From NCBI GenBank assembly GCA_965235115.1, contig OZ249436.1:53136001-53200000 (forward strand): a DNA stretch of 64,000 bases, written 5' to 3'. The notes under the pieces are model-generated. The model did not search any database, was not told the DNA's origin, and saw only the letters and a program-made list of their open reading frames with translations. Shown piece after piece: positions 1 to 13,900 of this stretch. Source of the stretch: Laetmonice hystrix (taxonomy: Eukaryota). Both the position numbers and the translations under genes were made by a program. The first letter of the stretch is position 1. Each line of letters opens with the position of its first letter.

Positions 1-316
1 TTTGATGCTGCGGGTGACCAGTCAATCAACTTAAAGACCGTGATGTAGGAGTATTGACGTACTTTTAACATAACACTGAACATTGATAATTATAACTGAA
101 AGTGGTAAGAAGCTTGAAGACAGAAATTCTGTCCAGGATCAAGAAGCGTAGACTGCTTGTGTCATGCAGAAGTATTAAGCAATGGTTCTTGGTCGTTACT
201 TTGGGTCATGATGATTATGATATATGGAGTGGACACACAGACATTGTGACGAGTTTTTATGAGATTTAAGAACATAAGCCCCCCCCCCCCCACCCACCCA
301 CACCCACACACACAGT

Positions 317-567
317 TCATTTCAAAAAGATGTGTGTAGGGGGGAGGGTCCATTGTCCTGCTCGACCACCAAAGCTCCTTTTTTTAGGGGAGTGGCGGTG
401 GCCTAGTGGGCATGGATGTCGACACCTTATGCTATGCGAATGGGTGCAGTAATCTTAGGGCATGGGTTCGATTCCTGTAGAAGACTATACAACTTTTCTC
501 TTTAGGGACATTGTCAAAGTAATTGGGTTACCCCTGATGCCCGTGCATTTTCAAAAGAAAATACAGT
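317..567 (+). repeat. tRNA-like (Pol III A/B box) repeat unit, dispersed copy of the unit amplified at 30112-31542
   Basis: A-box-like TGGCCTAGTGG at 399-409 and B-box GGTTCGATTCC at 465-475. Near-identical in reverse complement to the units at 30288, 30622 and 31318, including ~70 bp upstream of the A box. Confidence 0.8.
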
Positions 568-1583
568 CTTTGAAGCTGCTCTATGAAACGGAAGGCCAGA
601 AATGAAAATAGAAAAGACAATCCTAGATTTCACAGAAAAAGTCCCGTGGTCGTGTGGACGACGTTGATGATTCAGATCTATCTGAGCTAGAGCTGTGTCA
701 TAGCGACATCATAATCATGAGCTACTCGGGTGCAGCAGACCATGTCCGCCACAACAGTTCCAAGGTCTTGTATGGTGGGTTGAGATCGTTACCACCAGTT
801 ACTGTGCTAATAGTGCTACTATTGTTAACACCAGGTGTCAGCACAAGTACGAGGCAGGGCCCCCTCAGTCACAGAGTGCACGCCTGCCATTGGCATGGCC
901 AGGAAGGGATCCTATTGATCTCAGGGCTGGGTTATTTAATAGTAGCACAGTGAAACAGCCAGCAAGGCACGATAATACGTGAAACATAGAGGAGAAACTG
1001 GGATACCGATCTAATATTACTACAGACGGTTCTTGAGGCCAGATTCAACCAAGGCAGTTTTTCTGAGAGTTGCTATACAGACGGAAACCTCAAGTGATAT
1101 TCAATTACAGTGATAATCGATGATTTGTTGCAAGAATTCTTACAAGAGTTCTTTGCAGTGCTAGATGATTTAGAAGGTATACTTGTACATTCTCTAGATC
1201 AGTACCAAGCAGCCAGATAGAAAACACGGTAAATTTAGGTCAGAGAACAAAAGAAGGATATATCGAAACGTCCGTATTTGTCCAAGCATGTTTACCTGAC
1301 CTGTATTAAGCTTTAGATCCTGCTACGCAGAGATGTTTCATGGGAAGGGACGGGCAGAGAAAAAGTGTAGGATTATGGATCACACATATATAGTCGTTAT
1401 TGCCATCAGCATGCAATGAAATATCATTGGCAGGAAAATAAACAGATAATTTTTAAAATATTGCTTTGGGGAAAAAATCCCCCCGTTTCTGGTGTATCTA
1501 TCTGGTGCCAGACATGTTCGACATTATCAGGACATGTATAGAATTGATGGGGTACAAATTCCAAAATCGTCAGCTTACAAACG

Positions 1584-4500
1584 TCAAAAAAGGGTTTGGA
1601 AATTTGATCTATTGAGGTCCATCACTTTCTTTGGTGCAAACATTCTTGAGCATTCCTGACTCACCTGTTTTAGTGTTACTAATATTTCTTGATGGTCAGC
1701 ATTTATAAATTATTTGTGAATATTGTTAGCCACCAAAATTCTGAAAAAGAAACATGAGGATGTGATATCATAAATGTCATCAAAACGTCGGCTGGCCATC
1801 TCCATAGCCTGGGACCACTTGAGATTGAATGGCTACTTCATCAAACTGTTTATTTCACTGAGAGAATATACAGTGTATGTGATTTTACAATGAGTTAGAT
1901 GTTTTTGTGATGTCCAAGTTTGTACTGATAATTGTAAGAAGGCTTTGTCTAAGAGAAACGGCAGAAGATTATGGATTTCATTTTCATTTCATTAAAAATG
2001 TGTATAAGTGTGGACTCATTGAATATAATATAAGTGACCATTTGCCAATTTTTATAATTAAAAAAAGAGTAAAAAACCCACATAAGAAGGAATCCATTAA
2101 ATGCAGATCGTATCGAAACTATGACAAAAACACCTTTATGGCGAACCTAGCAAAATTAGATTGGTCAGTTCTCTATCTGTTGGAAGATCCAGATCTCGCC
2201 TGGTCAATGCTAATTAAGGCAATTGAGTATGAAGCGGACAGAATGTGTCCCTATAAGTATATTAAAATCAATGTAAATAGACCTGAATGGCTCAGCATCG
2301 AACTTATTGAAATTGCCAGACAAAGGGACATACTTTTCAAAGTTGCCAAAAAGCGGAACTGTCCAAATACGCTCAGAGAAGCGATGACCCTGAGAAATGT
2401 ATACAATTCTGGTGTAAGGGAAGCGAAAAAATGTTACATTCTTAATGAACTTGACGAGCACTCTAACGATCAAAAGAAATTTTGGGAATCTATGAAGAAA
2501 CTACTTCCAAAATATAAAGCTAAAGAGATACGTGAAGTTAAAGATCCCAAGACGGGGAAGGTAGTTGGAGATGACAAAGTCCCTGACATAATCAATACCT
2601 ACTTCACCAATATAGGCAGTGATCTTAGCCGACAGCTTGATGTAAACTCCGACAGATCTGGAAATATTACTGCTGACGCAATAGATATGGACATCGGTGA
2701 TATGAAATATACTGATGAAAATGAATTTCTAGACCTTGTCAAAGATATTTCCATATTCAAATCATCAGGACTTCAGAACATAAATAGCAACCTGCTAAAA
2801 GATGCCTTTACAGCCCTCCCAGCCCAAATGGTTTTCTTACTTAATTTGTCGTTAAAGAAGGGTATGTTCCCAGCTGAATGGAAGATAGCAAGGGTGACTC
2901 CTATTCCAAAAAAGGGAGATACCACTGATATGAACAACATTAGGCCTATTTCTCAAACGCCCATTCCAGGTAAATTACTTGAAAAAATTGTAAATAATAG
3001 AATCACTTACTACCTAGAAAGGAATTATCTGTTCTTTAAACACCAATTTGGTTTTCGTAGAAATAAATCAACTACTAAGTCAATTCACACTGTAGTAGAC
3101 CAGATACTTAAGGCAAGAAATGAGGGACTCTATTCCGTGGCAGTTTTTCTGGATCTATCAAAAGCTTTTGACTGCGTAAATCATTCTGCCCTGCTTAAAA
3201 AAATCGAAAATATTGGAATCAAGGGGAAATATTATGATTGGCTACACAGCTACCTTTCTGGTAGACAGCAATATGTTCTTAATAATGGGATGGAATCTGA
3301 ATTGCTAGGTACAAAATGCGGGGTTCCTCAAGGATCTGTATTGGGCCCGACAATGTACTTAATTTATGTTAATGACATTGCAAATTTGCCCCTGGCATCT
3401 GCTATTGCCATGTTCGCCGATGACACTGCCCTAAGCCATAGCCATAAAAACCCGCATGTTCTAAAAACAATTGTCCAACGTGATCTCGATACACTGCTTC
3501 ATTGGTTTGGTGCTAATAGGCTGACCGTTAATCCTGCTAAAACCAAAGCAATGTTCTTTGACAAATCGTTAACACGGAACACCTACGACCTGAGTGGCCA
3601 AAATCTAATGATTAACAACCAAATTATTGATTTTACAAGTAACTATGATTATCTTGGCGTCTGTATAGACGACAAACTTACATTTCAAAAGCATATCAAT
3701 AAGTGTATCCAAAGAGCCAGCGATAAACTCTATCCTATCTAAGATTAGAGTGTTACTTAATAGTAAAGCCGCTTTGTCGATTTTTAAAAGTATGATCTTG
3801 CCATATTTAGAATTTGCAAATGTATTTCACTTTTCCTGTCCAGATTACCTCTTAACTAAACTACAACGCCTACAAAATCGAGGTTTAAAATTGGCCATGT
3901 CTAGGAATAACCGATTCAGCAATGTCGACATTCACGTCGAGACTAACCTTCTTCCCTGTAAATACAGACGTCTCATAGCTCTCCAGAAGCTAATGTTTTA
4001 CCAAATTATTAGCGACATTAACATTGATAATAGAAACCTAAATACAAGACGACACGACGGACCACTATTAATTGTACCTAGACCAAATTCAGCTAAATTT
4101 AAACGAAGTGTATCTTTTCTTGGACCTACACAATGGAACTCTTTGCCCCCACATATTAGAAACATTACAGACAAAGATCAGTTTAAAGGTGTGATTAAGA
4201 ACTATTATCTTGACCTGTTTCGACACAACCCGGTTTTGTAATGGTTTTGTAATGAGCGACCCGATATTATCCTCTATTTACATACATACATGTACTGCCT
4301 GCCCTAAATAGTAATATAGTTATGCATAGTTGCCACTTTAGTTAATTGCAACACGCTTTTGTTAATATGTTCTGACAGGGCACAGTTTTAATTGCGACTA
4401 TATGTCGAACTGTGTAACTGTTACCTGTATAAAAATGCAAATAAAAAAAAAAAATTTCTCGGTATTTTGATATGTGCAGATAGGTTAGAAATTACTAGTA

Positions 4501-4906
4501 CGGGTATGTGGGAAAAGCCTGATTTTTTTTCAAAAGCATGAAATTGTAACCTTGGCAGCGTTGGCGTGACGTGTGGACAAGGAAATCTAAGTATAAAGAA
4601 GTGTGTGAGAGAAGTGATTGCTGAGAAGGTGGAATAGCCGACGATTGATGGTGCAAGTAACAATGGTACATTTCTTAGCGCTATCAAAGGAAGCCGTGTC
4701 TGTCGTATCCAAGTTGCAAGACTCCTTAGGAATCTGTGGAATGAATGTAAATTAAGATAATTTAATATTAAAGCCTGATCACTGAATAAAGACTGGTAAT
4801 AGGGCAATAAAATCTGCTTCAGGAAGGATCCATGCGGATTTGTTTCTGGGTGATCTGAAAGGAAGACAATTTGTATTAAATTTGAGTCGTATTGGTATGG
4901 TAGAAG
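1584..4906 (-). pseudogene. Decayed intronless ORF of unknown identity, split by the LINE insertion (segments 4906-4454 and 1985-1584)
   Basis: After removing the LINE and one ATTTC copy, the frame ...SAHIKIPRN|ENEIHNLLPFLLDKAF... is stop-free for 201 codons (4906-4454 plus 1985-1836). It continues for 284 codons in total with only two internal stops (1835-1833, 1712-1710). No homolog recognised. Confidence 0.55.
1991..4453 (+). mobile_element. 5'-truncated non-LTR retrotransposon (L2/CR1-group LINE), ORF2 with end of APE domain plus RT, frameshifted
   Basis: APE C-terminal SDH motif (NISDHLPIF). RT motifs RPIS, QFGFR, FLDLSKAFD, GVPQGSVLGP, FADD (3413-3424) and YLGV. A frameshift near 3733 separates ORFs 1907-3742 and 3750-4241. 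A-rich tail at ~4440-4454. Candidate 5-bp TSD ATTTC at 1986-1990 and 4454-4458. Confidence 0.93.
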
Positions 4907-7900
4907 TCATGCCGCAGGAGCACTGTGTGCAAGGCAAGGGATGCCATTTGTTGCCAGCTTTGAACTGGAACATTCTTTGTTGAAGGAAATTACAGAATCA
5001 ATGGAACGTAATCTGGACACACCGGTTGCCATGACGATGGCATTAAACATCTAGCCAGCAGGCAGAGCGGTATAGACGTGCTTCCTGCAGCTGAGAAATC
5101 CATTTTCAGCTTACAGACTGTAATACAGTTTGAGGAAATTAATCGTACGAAGTCAATGCCAAGGTATACAATTATACATATCTCCAAGGAAACAAAGCTA
5201 AAACACGATGGGGTTTTTATTACATGTTGTACCGTTAAAATTTTCTTCTATTAGAGTCGCTTTTGCAAGTGACTCTGAAAGTATAATGTACAAAATCTTT
5301 AGGTACATAATAGTATAGTGGAAGGTTTGTTTATCGCTTTATGAGATGTGGTTGTGCATAAGCACGAGCGGGGGGAGAGGGCTAGCATTCCATTAGATTT
5401 ATGAGTATAGATGCTAAGAGTTAGGAAATAAGTCTGCCTATGCAGAAAAATCCCCAGCTACGCTTGAGGAGGGGAACCAAAAGTGGTTAACCGGCCATGC
5501 GGGATGGCCCTATTTACTCTTTTAAAGCAAACAACGACCATCTCAGCTTTCAATGCCTCAGAGATGCAGACATGAGCTGTTAGGTTAGAAAAGGCCTTAG
5601 ACTACTATTAAATCAAGAAATGAGTATGCACAGAAAAAGAGATATGTAATGAAATTTTTCCAGTTGCCTGGTACCGCTATGAAGCGATCGGCTTATGTCT
5701 GGTTGTTGGCCAAATCGTTGACCTGGATTTGAATTAAATAGTCGGTTGGGAATTGATGGGTTTACGCCCTTTCGGTATCTAAGGCATTATGACTAGATTA
5801 CATACATATTTCGTAACTTGTCCTGTCTCTTGGTGCGTTTTTGGTCACGTTATTGATCGCTGGGTCTAGCAGGGGATACTGATAATTGCCTATAATAACA
5901 ACATGCCAAGGATACAGTTGACCTGGTCCAGCCTTTGATGTAAGGTCTTGTAGGAACTTGTCACAATCTAAAAACTCGTAAAAGCTCATAGAATTCAATC
6001 TAGCTTGTCAAGCAGGTCGAAAATGTTATTTTGTTGCTTACATTTCCTTAAAGTAAACGTTTAATTTCCGGACTCAACTGGTAACGGCAGCTGAACCTGC
6101 AAAATGATGATATCGATTTTCCAGACAATCAGAAACTGCGCGGCAGACAAATTAATTCGTTCTGAAAGGCAATCCACCTTCTTTCTTAGCATGTAAGAAA
6201 GCAGGTTCGATTTAAGTGGATACGGTAATTTGCTGAATTATGAAATCTAAACATATTTTCACCATTATAAAACATTGTCAGTAAGCTTTTTATGAGGTTT
6301 CATTTTTATGGCCTCTAAAGATAATGCGACTAAAAAGCTGTATTTGTAGTATTGCAATATTTTCCACATGTATTGTATATTTCAGTATTCCGAGAAATAA
6401 GAATTTTGACAGACTGATGGAATATTCAGAATAAATTACGTTTGTGGAGACTAGTGCATCCAGGAATGGCGTGCTGAAACGGCATAGATAGCGGAGAACA
6501 TTCCTGGCCTGAGTATGACTGATCTCATTTGAGATGGAGCAGACAGTCCCATTTAGACCGAATCATTAGGGACATGATGCATACGGTGCACACAGGTCCA
6601 GACTGATGCAGGACTAGGTAGGTTGCAGGGAGTGGTGTGTGATCTGGTGGCTCGAGGACGGTGGTCGGGATGCCAGCAGGATTCCTGTGGTGACCACGGT
6701 TAGCGGCTAGGAGAAGGTCTAGACACCACACTCCAGCAGTGGCGGCGGCAACTAGCCAAAGTGTGTTAATACCTGAGTCATCAATACCCACCCCACACCG
6801 GCTCCTCCTCCTTCTCCCTACCGCTGTATTAAAGTGATATAAACCTAGTTCTAAACAAAGGCAACATCCAAATACAGTGGTTAGTTGTACTTTGCGGTGT
6901 ACGATATGCCAGACAGGAACACAAGGTACCATCAGTGATAATTGAGAGGTTGAGGTTAAAGTAAAAGTAATTTACATTCCATACTTGAGTGTTTCCTCCC
7001 GGCTAGGTCTTCCTTGTAAGGGGGTTCAGTCTTTGGGCCACTGTCGCTGAGACCGAGTAATTAAAATGCCTGTAGAACTCCCGAGAAGGGAAAAGCACCT
7101 AACCTTTAGGTATGCTAGTTTGTGTAGTTTCTGTAGGTGTATATTGAAGTATTCAGAAAGACCTTACAGTTTCTGAGGCTGTGTATTGACGTATTCAGAA
7201 AGACCGTACAAAATGAAAGATACTATTTTTGTTTTATTTAATTTTTAGAGCCCAAAAAGATACATGCATACGAGCTCAGTTATATACCAGCGCTAAGAGA
7301 AGTATAGCTTGTGATCTGGTCGGTAAACCGTAGCACATACAGCCACGATTTCTGTAAGGGGCTGGCAATGGTTAATTCTGATAGTCGAATACCGGCACTG
7401 GCCAAATACTGGGAATAATTATTCATCTTAAAGAGGCATAGATGTCGGATATATCATAGGCGACCATTACATCAATGCACCTGACTGTATTATACATTCG
7501 TATTCACGTTCTTTGTGCTACGAGACAAATTGAGCGATGGATAAGTTAGATGCACGGAGGGGATGGAGATCTCAGGGGTGAACAATTAATAATCGGAGTT
7601 CATGGTTTATGTACGGTAAACAGATGGAAGCTCTCATAATTGGAAGGGTTATTTTACTCTTCACTGTGCAAACAGCTAAAGAACATAGTCAAAGCGGTAC
7701 TGTCTTATTTTTTCTGTTAAAAATATACGGTGAAATAGCCTTTCAGCACTTATTGGCAGGTGGTGTTGTACCAAGGGGGAAAATGAACTGGGAAAAAGCG
7801 GAACAAAGTGGGGACACGAATGCAGAGCCATTAAAGCGGATAGCGTGACAGAAGGGTCTACGTGTAAAAAGTGTCGTTTTCTAGTGGCATTAAAACTAAT

Positions 7901-10900
7901 TTCCGCAATGTTGTATATAAAGTTGTGCTGTGTTCTTGACTTCAGATCGCTGAACGCACTGGTTAGGGCAGATATATTGAGGTCATAGAGTTTTTCCTTC
8001 AATCTGAGATGATGCATGATAAAGCTAACGCCTGCGGGTGGGAGGGTGGGGATGGGGAAAAAAAGCTGCCGTGGTTGTGGGATGTGGGTCGAGGGCCACA
8101 CAGGTGTTAGATAAATCATCATGAGGACGAGCGGCTAATTGTTCATCAGGAGATTGTACGTGTTGGATAGAGAGAGGAACAGAAGGTTGGAGTGAAGGGA
8201 GTCGGGGTGGGAGGGTGGTGAGTGGCTGGGGGTTGCCTGGCGGAGCACCTATTTCTGCAGCCAACCAGCCGGCCGGCCGGCCGTCATCTCCCGTTAGGTG
8301 TGTGTGTCTGCACCAGAGAGACGGCCGCCGTGCGAGCGAGCGCCCCTGTCGGCAGTAGAGGAGCCGCAGTGGTCCTCACCAGATCACAGCATACATGTAG
8401 CTGGCGGCAGGAGTGGGAGCCGGCCATGGCCAGCAGGTAAGTGGAAGGGGTGGCCACTGGCCAGCCAGTAGGGTCATAAACTGGTCATCAGCTGACCGGC
8501 ACAGGTATCGAGCTGACAGGGCAGTATCCGGAATCACTGCTGTTGGTGGTGGTGAGCACCCTGACGTCAATGTGACATGAAAACCAGGCCCCAGAGGTGT
8601 GAGGAGGATGGCAGACAGAGCCTGGGTTGTAGTCTTCTCTTTCTGAAACACCTTGGGTTCGTGAGGGAATAATCAGTCAGATAAGGAAGGAAACTTTCCA
8701 TACTTCAGATATTTATGTATAGCTCCATTCAGATTTATTCACTGTTACTTCAGTAACCAGGTCAGGCTTAGTTATACACGCTAGGTTGGCATTATTCGGG
8801 AAAGTGACAAAGTGTTATTAATGTCAAAGTGTTATTCTGAAGTCAATTCTCCATACGGAACACTATGGGAAACGTGTAATGCAGTTTTTGACAGCGAAAG
8901 ATATATAGACCATGCTTGTAACAACGTAAAGTACACATAATAAATATTAGCACATAAGTGCTGAATATTTTGAATATAAGCATGTTAGATTGCAATGGGT
9001 TCTTGTCGAGACATATACCAGACATTAATGTCTGGGTGTACTCGTAAAATGGATTCAGTCCGAACCTTTCGTCATAAATTCTATATGGGGCGTCCGTGTC
9101 GGCCATAAACACGCAGGCTGAAGGCCTGATTCCTGCTCGTTATAACCAGATTATTGGCCACAGACGGTCACCAGTCGACTTCATGGATGCTGTGTAAAAA
9201 TGGCACGGTCCTGAAGCTGCGTTCGGTTCAGATGTTTGAATGTTGATGGGGTTTTTTTGGCGGAGTAGACTGAAGCTTGGGATATATCAGTATCAAGGTA
9301 GTAACAACTAACATTAAAGTCGTCTTTTTTTAAAGTGTATTTTTCCACCAGAGTTTATTACATGGCAGGACTTCAGATTTGTTACTACGTATTGATTTCG
9401 AATCTCTGTTATTGATTTTTTTCTTCCAAAGGCTGAAGTGTTAGTACACACCACTGTGTCGTATCACTGCTATAGCTTTTCCTTCTGGCCGATATGTGAA
9501 GCTGGTTGCGAGAAAATGGCCGGCTTTATAACATTATGATGGCCATCGTTTATTTTGGTACGTAGGCCTACAAGACTAGGGTGATTCTATTTATTACGTT
9601 TCTCATTGGTTTCCTACTCTGAAAGGTTGAATTTTAAATCCATACCACATATTATATCACTGCTAGCTTTTCACTTTAAGCTGATTTTTGAGATAGTGAC
9701 CTGTTTTAGAGATACCGATCTGGTATCTTTGAAACCAATGGTTGTATGAGGGTAGGACGAGTCTGTGGCAGGTGGTTTCGCCAGGCTAGACAAAACGGCA
9801 AAAAGTCTATTAGACCTGAAGAGACTATCGGCAGAGATAGCATTTTCTTGTCAAGCTCAAGCGTAGATGTGTTCTGATTAATGAAGAGTTAGACCTTTCG
9901 GATGGTAGAGACTTCGGGCACTGATGGGTAGGGGATTTCATCAAGTAGATATATATACAAAGTGAGGTGACGTCAGGGCTGTAGCCCCTTGCCCCCTCCC
10001 CAGGCTAGGCGTACAGGTAACAATAGAGGTATCAGCCTCACCAGTGACAAATATCAGAATGCGTGGTCGTTCAGTCTGAGCCCGTTCACAGCGGTGCTGG
10101 TCCAGGGTGATCATTGTGACTGGGCCTATAGTAAATCAGGCTACATTGGTGCTGAGTGCAGACGGAGCCGTATCCTAGACAATCCTAAACCGTTTTATTT
10201 AAGTCTTGACAACCTGTTAGTATTGTGGTGTACCGACACAAACAGTATGTAATATATGGCGCTTCAGTACGGCCAAACAAAAGGTCACCTTTGTTAGTTT
10301 GATCAAGTCTGGTTTGGGTGGAGTGGTAGACGATTTAAATATTTAAATGCTAGGATCTATCAGTTATTTCGCTCTTGCGGGAATACCTAAAAATTGTCTG
10401 ATGTGGAATATCCAGTTCTGAATGATACTTGATTTGGTGGTGTGTCTATCGATAAAGGGGGTATCTTTCAGAGAAAATTCGATGTTATCGATAGACATAC
10501 AGTTTGTATATATTTTTGACCAGCCTGCAAGGGAGTACTCCATTATTGTGGAAGGCCAGCGTCTCTGACAAACTGCCTTTAGCCTCCATGATTTGTGCCA
10601 TGCTCCTTCTACGGAACGGGCGTTGTCTAATCAAAATTGGGATTAGATAAGTGTGCACAATGTGGAAGATGCAGAAGAGATTAAGTTTGACGCCGCAGAC
10701 ACCTTATCCAGGCAGTTGAAAAAGTTAGCAGACACTACAGCTGTGGTCTGGCTCGAACTCAAGAGCCAGAGTGAGCTTTTAATGTTCGAGTTCTAAGTCT
10801 CGAGAATCAATCACCAGTGAATATTAAGGTTTTGTTGCACTAGTTTCACGGGGTTCTCTGCTGTATATGTGATCACAGTGATGACGAACTCTGCCGTGCA

Positions 10901-13900
10901 ATGGCAAAAGGAAGCAAGTCCAACTTTCATCAAAATCGACTTAAGTGTAAATTTGGATTCAGGGAAGTAAGTCCTATCTATCAAGGGGTGTATTTCTGCT
11001 AAACATCTTTCTATGAAGCTATCAGTCACATGACAGAAGGAAGCATGCCCATCCAACTGCACTGTAGAGACAACTTGTTTATGTCCATTTCTCGAAACTT
11101 GAACTTTTGGACTTACTTCCTTTTGTCATTCCACGGCAGAACTGCTGTCAACCCCTGATCAAAATGTTTTCTGAAACCATGCGTCCGGAAATCTTTCGAT
11201 CCCTTTATATGTTTACACACAGACAGCATCAATAATTGAAACTCAGTCGGTCGTGGCGTGCCCTCGATATAAAATGTTTCATTGTTGCTGACCGCGGTGG
11301 TCATTGAAAGCTATATGGAGAGGATGTGACGAGGAGGGAGGCCTTGCTCCCTGCTGCCGGTCGTTGATGGCGGCCGTGGTGGTGGCACACGTACATGCCG
11401 TGATATACTGAGCAGGTCTCATCTATATCACGTATTACATATTTCATGACCATCCTCCCATCGCTGGCAGCCCGCCATGTTTTCTTTTGGGCGGGAAATT
11501 AACAATTTTCCGATGATATACGATGTATAGTGGTTCCTAAAGATGCTATTTAGTGGCCATGCCCTCGCTCTGCTGCCAATCTCAATAGACATTGTTGTGG
11601 ACGTGTTGTGCATGAGGAGAGCCCGGAGGACAGGGTATAACGATGACTGGGAGATGGTAAGAAGAAGACATGCGAGATTAGTGAACCGATGTTAACAATT
11701 CACAAGCTATTGAACAGCTCTTGATGACGATATAAGAGCCGTGGGAGTGATGATGACACGGGTAGTTTCCATGTAGACACACCCCCTTCCCAAGTATAGC
11801 CCAGAGTTGACGGAAGAGCAGGCCATGGCAGGCATAGCCCCCGGTAAATTTCCAGTTGTCCCATCTTTGGCCACTGCTTGGCTTGGAATCAGAACGGTGT
11901 GACGCCAAGGTGGATTAATGGGTGCTACACCTGCTGCCAAGGAAGGGTGCGGTGGAATCTCATCCTGCCGATGAGGAGAGCCGGTTATTTATTCCTGCAA
12001 GGAATCGGAGCCAGTTGAGTGGATGGTTCTGGGGGGCTGGGTGAAAGATGACTGTGAGGGAGGACTTTGATGAAGCAGTGAGAGATTAACGTGATTATAC
12101 TGTTAGAAGTTTTTACCCAAGCCACGAAACGGTATACGGGTCGCTATGTAACGGGGAGAAAACATCAGAATTCGGCCAGTCTGTTTTCATGTATATTTCA
12201 ATATTTTAGAGTTTTATTTAGAATATTTGCCGCTTACAGTTGAATTGTTTCTGAAGAGTAGGCCTAATTAATAAATTAATCACCGAGTATCTTTCATTTC
12301 AATTACTCAAAAATACAGACACGGTCTCTTAGGTTAGATAAGGCCTTAAACTACATAAATCAATTTAATGTAGACTATAGGCCTACACCCACAGAAATGG
12401 AGAAATGTGGTATTGTTTTAGTTCCGGTGCGGCAGTTGTAAAGTGATGTTTTGGGTCGTCTATCTCCAGTGTACTGTCTCCTCCAGTGAGCTGGCAGTTA
12501 AGACCCCGGGATCTGTGTCGGTGTGACAGCAGTCGCCTGGAGGTCGAGAATAGGTCTGGTCCGGCGGAGGCCGCCCGTCCTGCCAGGGCCTGCCCCTAGG
12601 GTACGACGAGCCCTGATCCCGCCTCTCGCTGTCAGACCTCGGCCACACGTCGTACGTCATTCCTTGTGGTCGAACCGTGTGAGTGGAGGTCCCAGCTGAC
12701 AGGGTACCTGTCACTGCTCACAGGGCAAGGTTTCTTTATAGGAATCGTCCTGTCGGAAGGATCAACAGTTACACCGTACACACCCCTTTTGAAATAATTA
12801 ACAAAAGCCAGTATATTTGACAGACCTCAGGGAGCAGCGCGTATTCAGGGGTATAGGACTGGGGCTACGTTCAGACAGAGGCGGTATATCGGCTAGCAAC
12901 CGAAATATTGGTAGCTGTCTCTGTGTGAACACGCTATGTCGCCTGAGTTAGGTCGCCTAGCTAGTCCGGCTGGGATGGAGCGGCTAGGCGGTATAGCGGG
13001 TAGCGAAAGATCGGACCAGTGATCCGGTGTATCCCTTATGAACACAGCATTGGGGAACCTGCGCCCCTGGGTCCTCAAGACAATAGCCAAAATTGTTGTA
13101 CCCCCTAGAGCGTTTCTCCCTTGGGAAGCGGTTGTGTGTTATCCTGATTTTCATTATCGTAATACCGCTGGGACCGAAAGAGTATATGCTTTCACCAGGT
13201 TACGCAGAGCCTCTGTGTCCAGCCTACGTATGATGTATTTGTGTAAAAGGCGCAAGGTCACTATACTTGGGTGGATCAAGTTCTACCTAGTCGGATCCCA
13301 ACGCTCGATTCTGTAGAGTGGCTGGGCTGTCTGACAGTTCAATTGAAGACCCAAGTGCCTTAAAAGCCTATAATCCACCATCCCGGTACGACTAGCTCGT
13401 CCCAAATCGCAGACTGCACATCGCCACTCACACCTGAGCCGTCAGTGTGAAGCCAGTCGGTTTTTACAGCAGCTCCGCGGGCCGAAGATGGCCGTTCAAC
13501 CTGTTCATAGTCCCTCTCTGATACCTGGCACCATACATCTTAGCCGGGTGTAGAACAAGCCCGGGTTTGCTTACAGGTGTTGCCAGGCAGATGGTAGCAG
13601 ATAATTAAATTGACACCTCTTGAACGTTAGAACATAGCTTGTGGCAGTTTTTGAATGTCAGCCTTGCCGTAAATAATTGGGAGGTGTGTTTACTTAAAGC
13701 AAAGAGGACTTTATGGTAAGAGACGGTACGAAACGTTGATCAGTCTCTAACTTTTATGAGAATTTTTATTTCGCAGTACTGAAAGACTTTTTGAATCGCA
13801 TAAAAAATATACATATGATTTAAGGACCGTAATCTACTTACGACTAGCACGTTATGTTTCGGTAGTTAGACCTGAATCACAAGAGCTCTACATTTCAAGG

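Noticed and set aside
392..485. Functional tRNA gene
   Set aside because: A and B boxes are present but 55 nt apart, I could not build a convincing cloverleaf or acceptor stem, and it is part of a repeated unit.
1081..1220. Plus-strand helix-like peptide IIDDLLQEFLQEFFAVLDDLEGILVHSLDQYQAAR
   Set aside because: Short, bounded by stops, with no splice support; adjacent long-frame evidence favours the minus strand, though the strand in this sub-region is unresolved.
1907..1990. N-terminal 28 aa of the 611-aa ORF as the true LINE ORF2 start
   Set aside because: It lies outside the ATTTC duplication, and most of the endonuclease domain is missing; this is read-in from flanking DNA into a 5'-truncated copy.
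8426..8436. gccATGGCCAGCAG|gtaagt as the tetraspanin first coding exon
   Set aside because: Phase 2, whereas exon 20672 needs phase 0 and the missing ...CxKY.....N..FW segment; no bridging exon was found.
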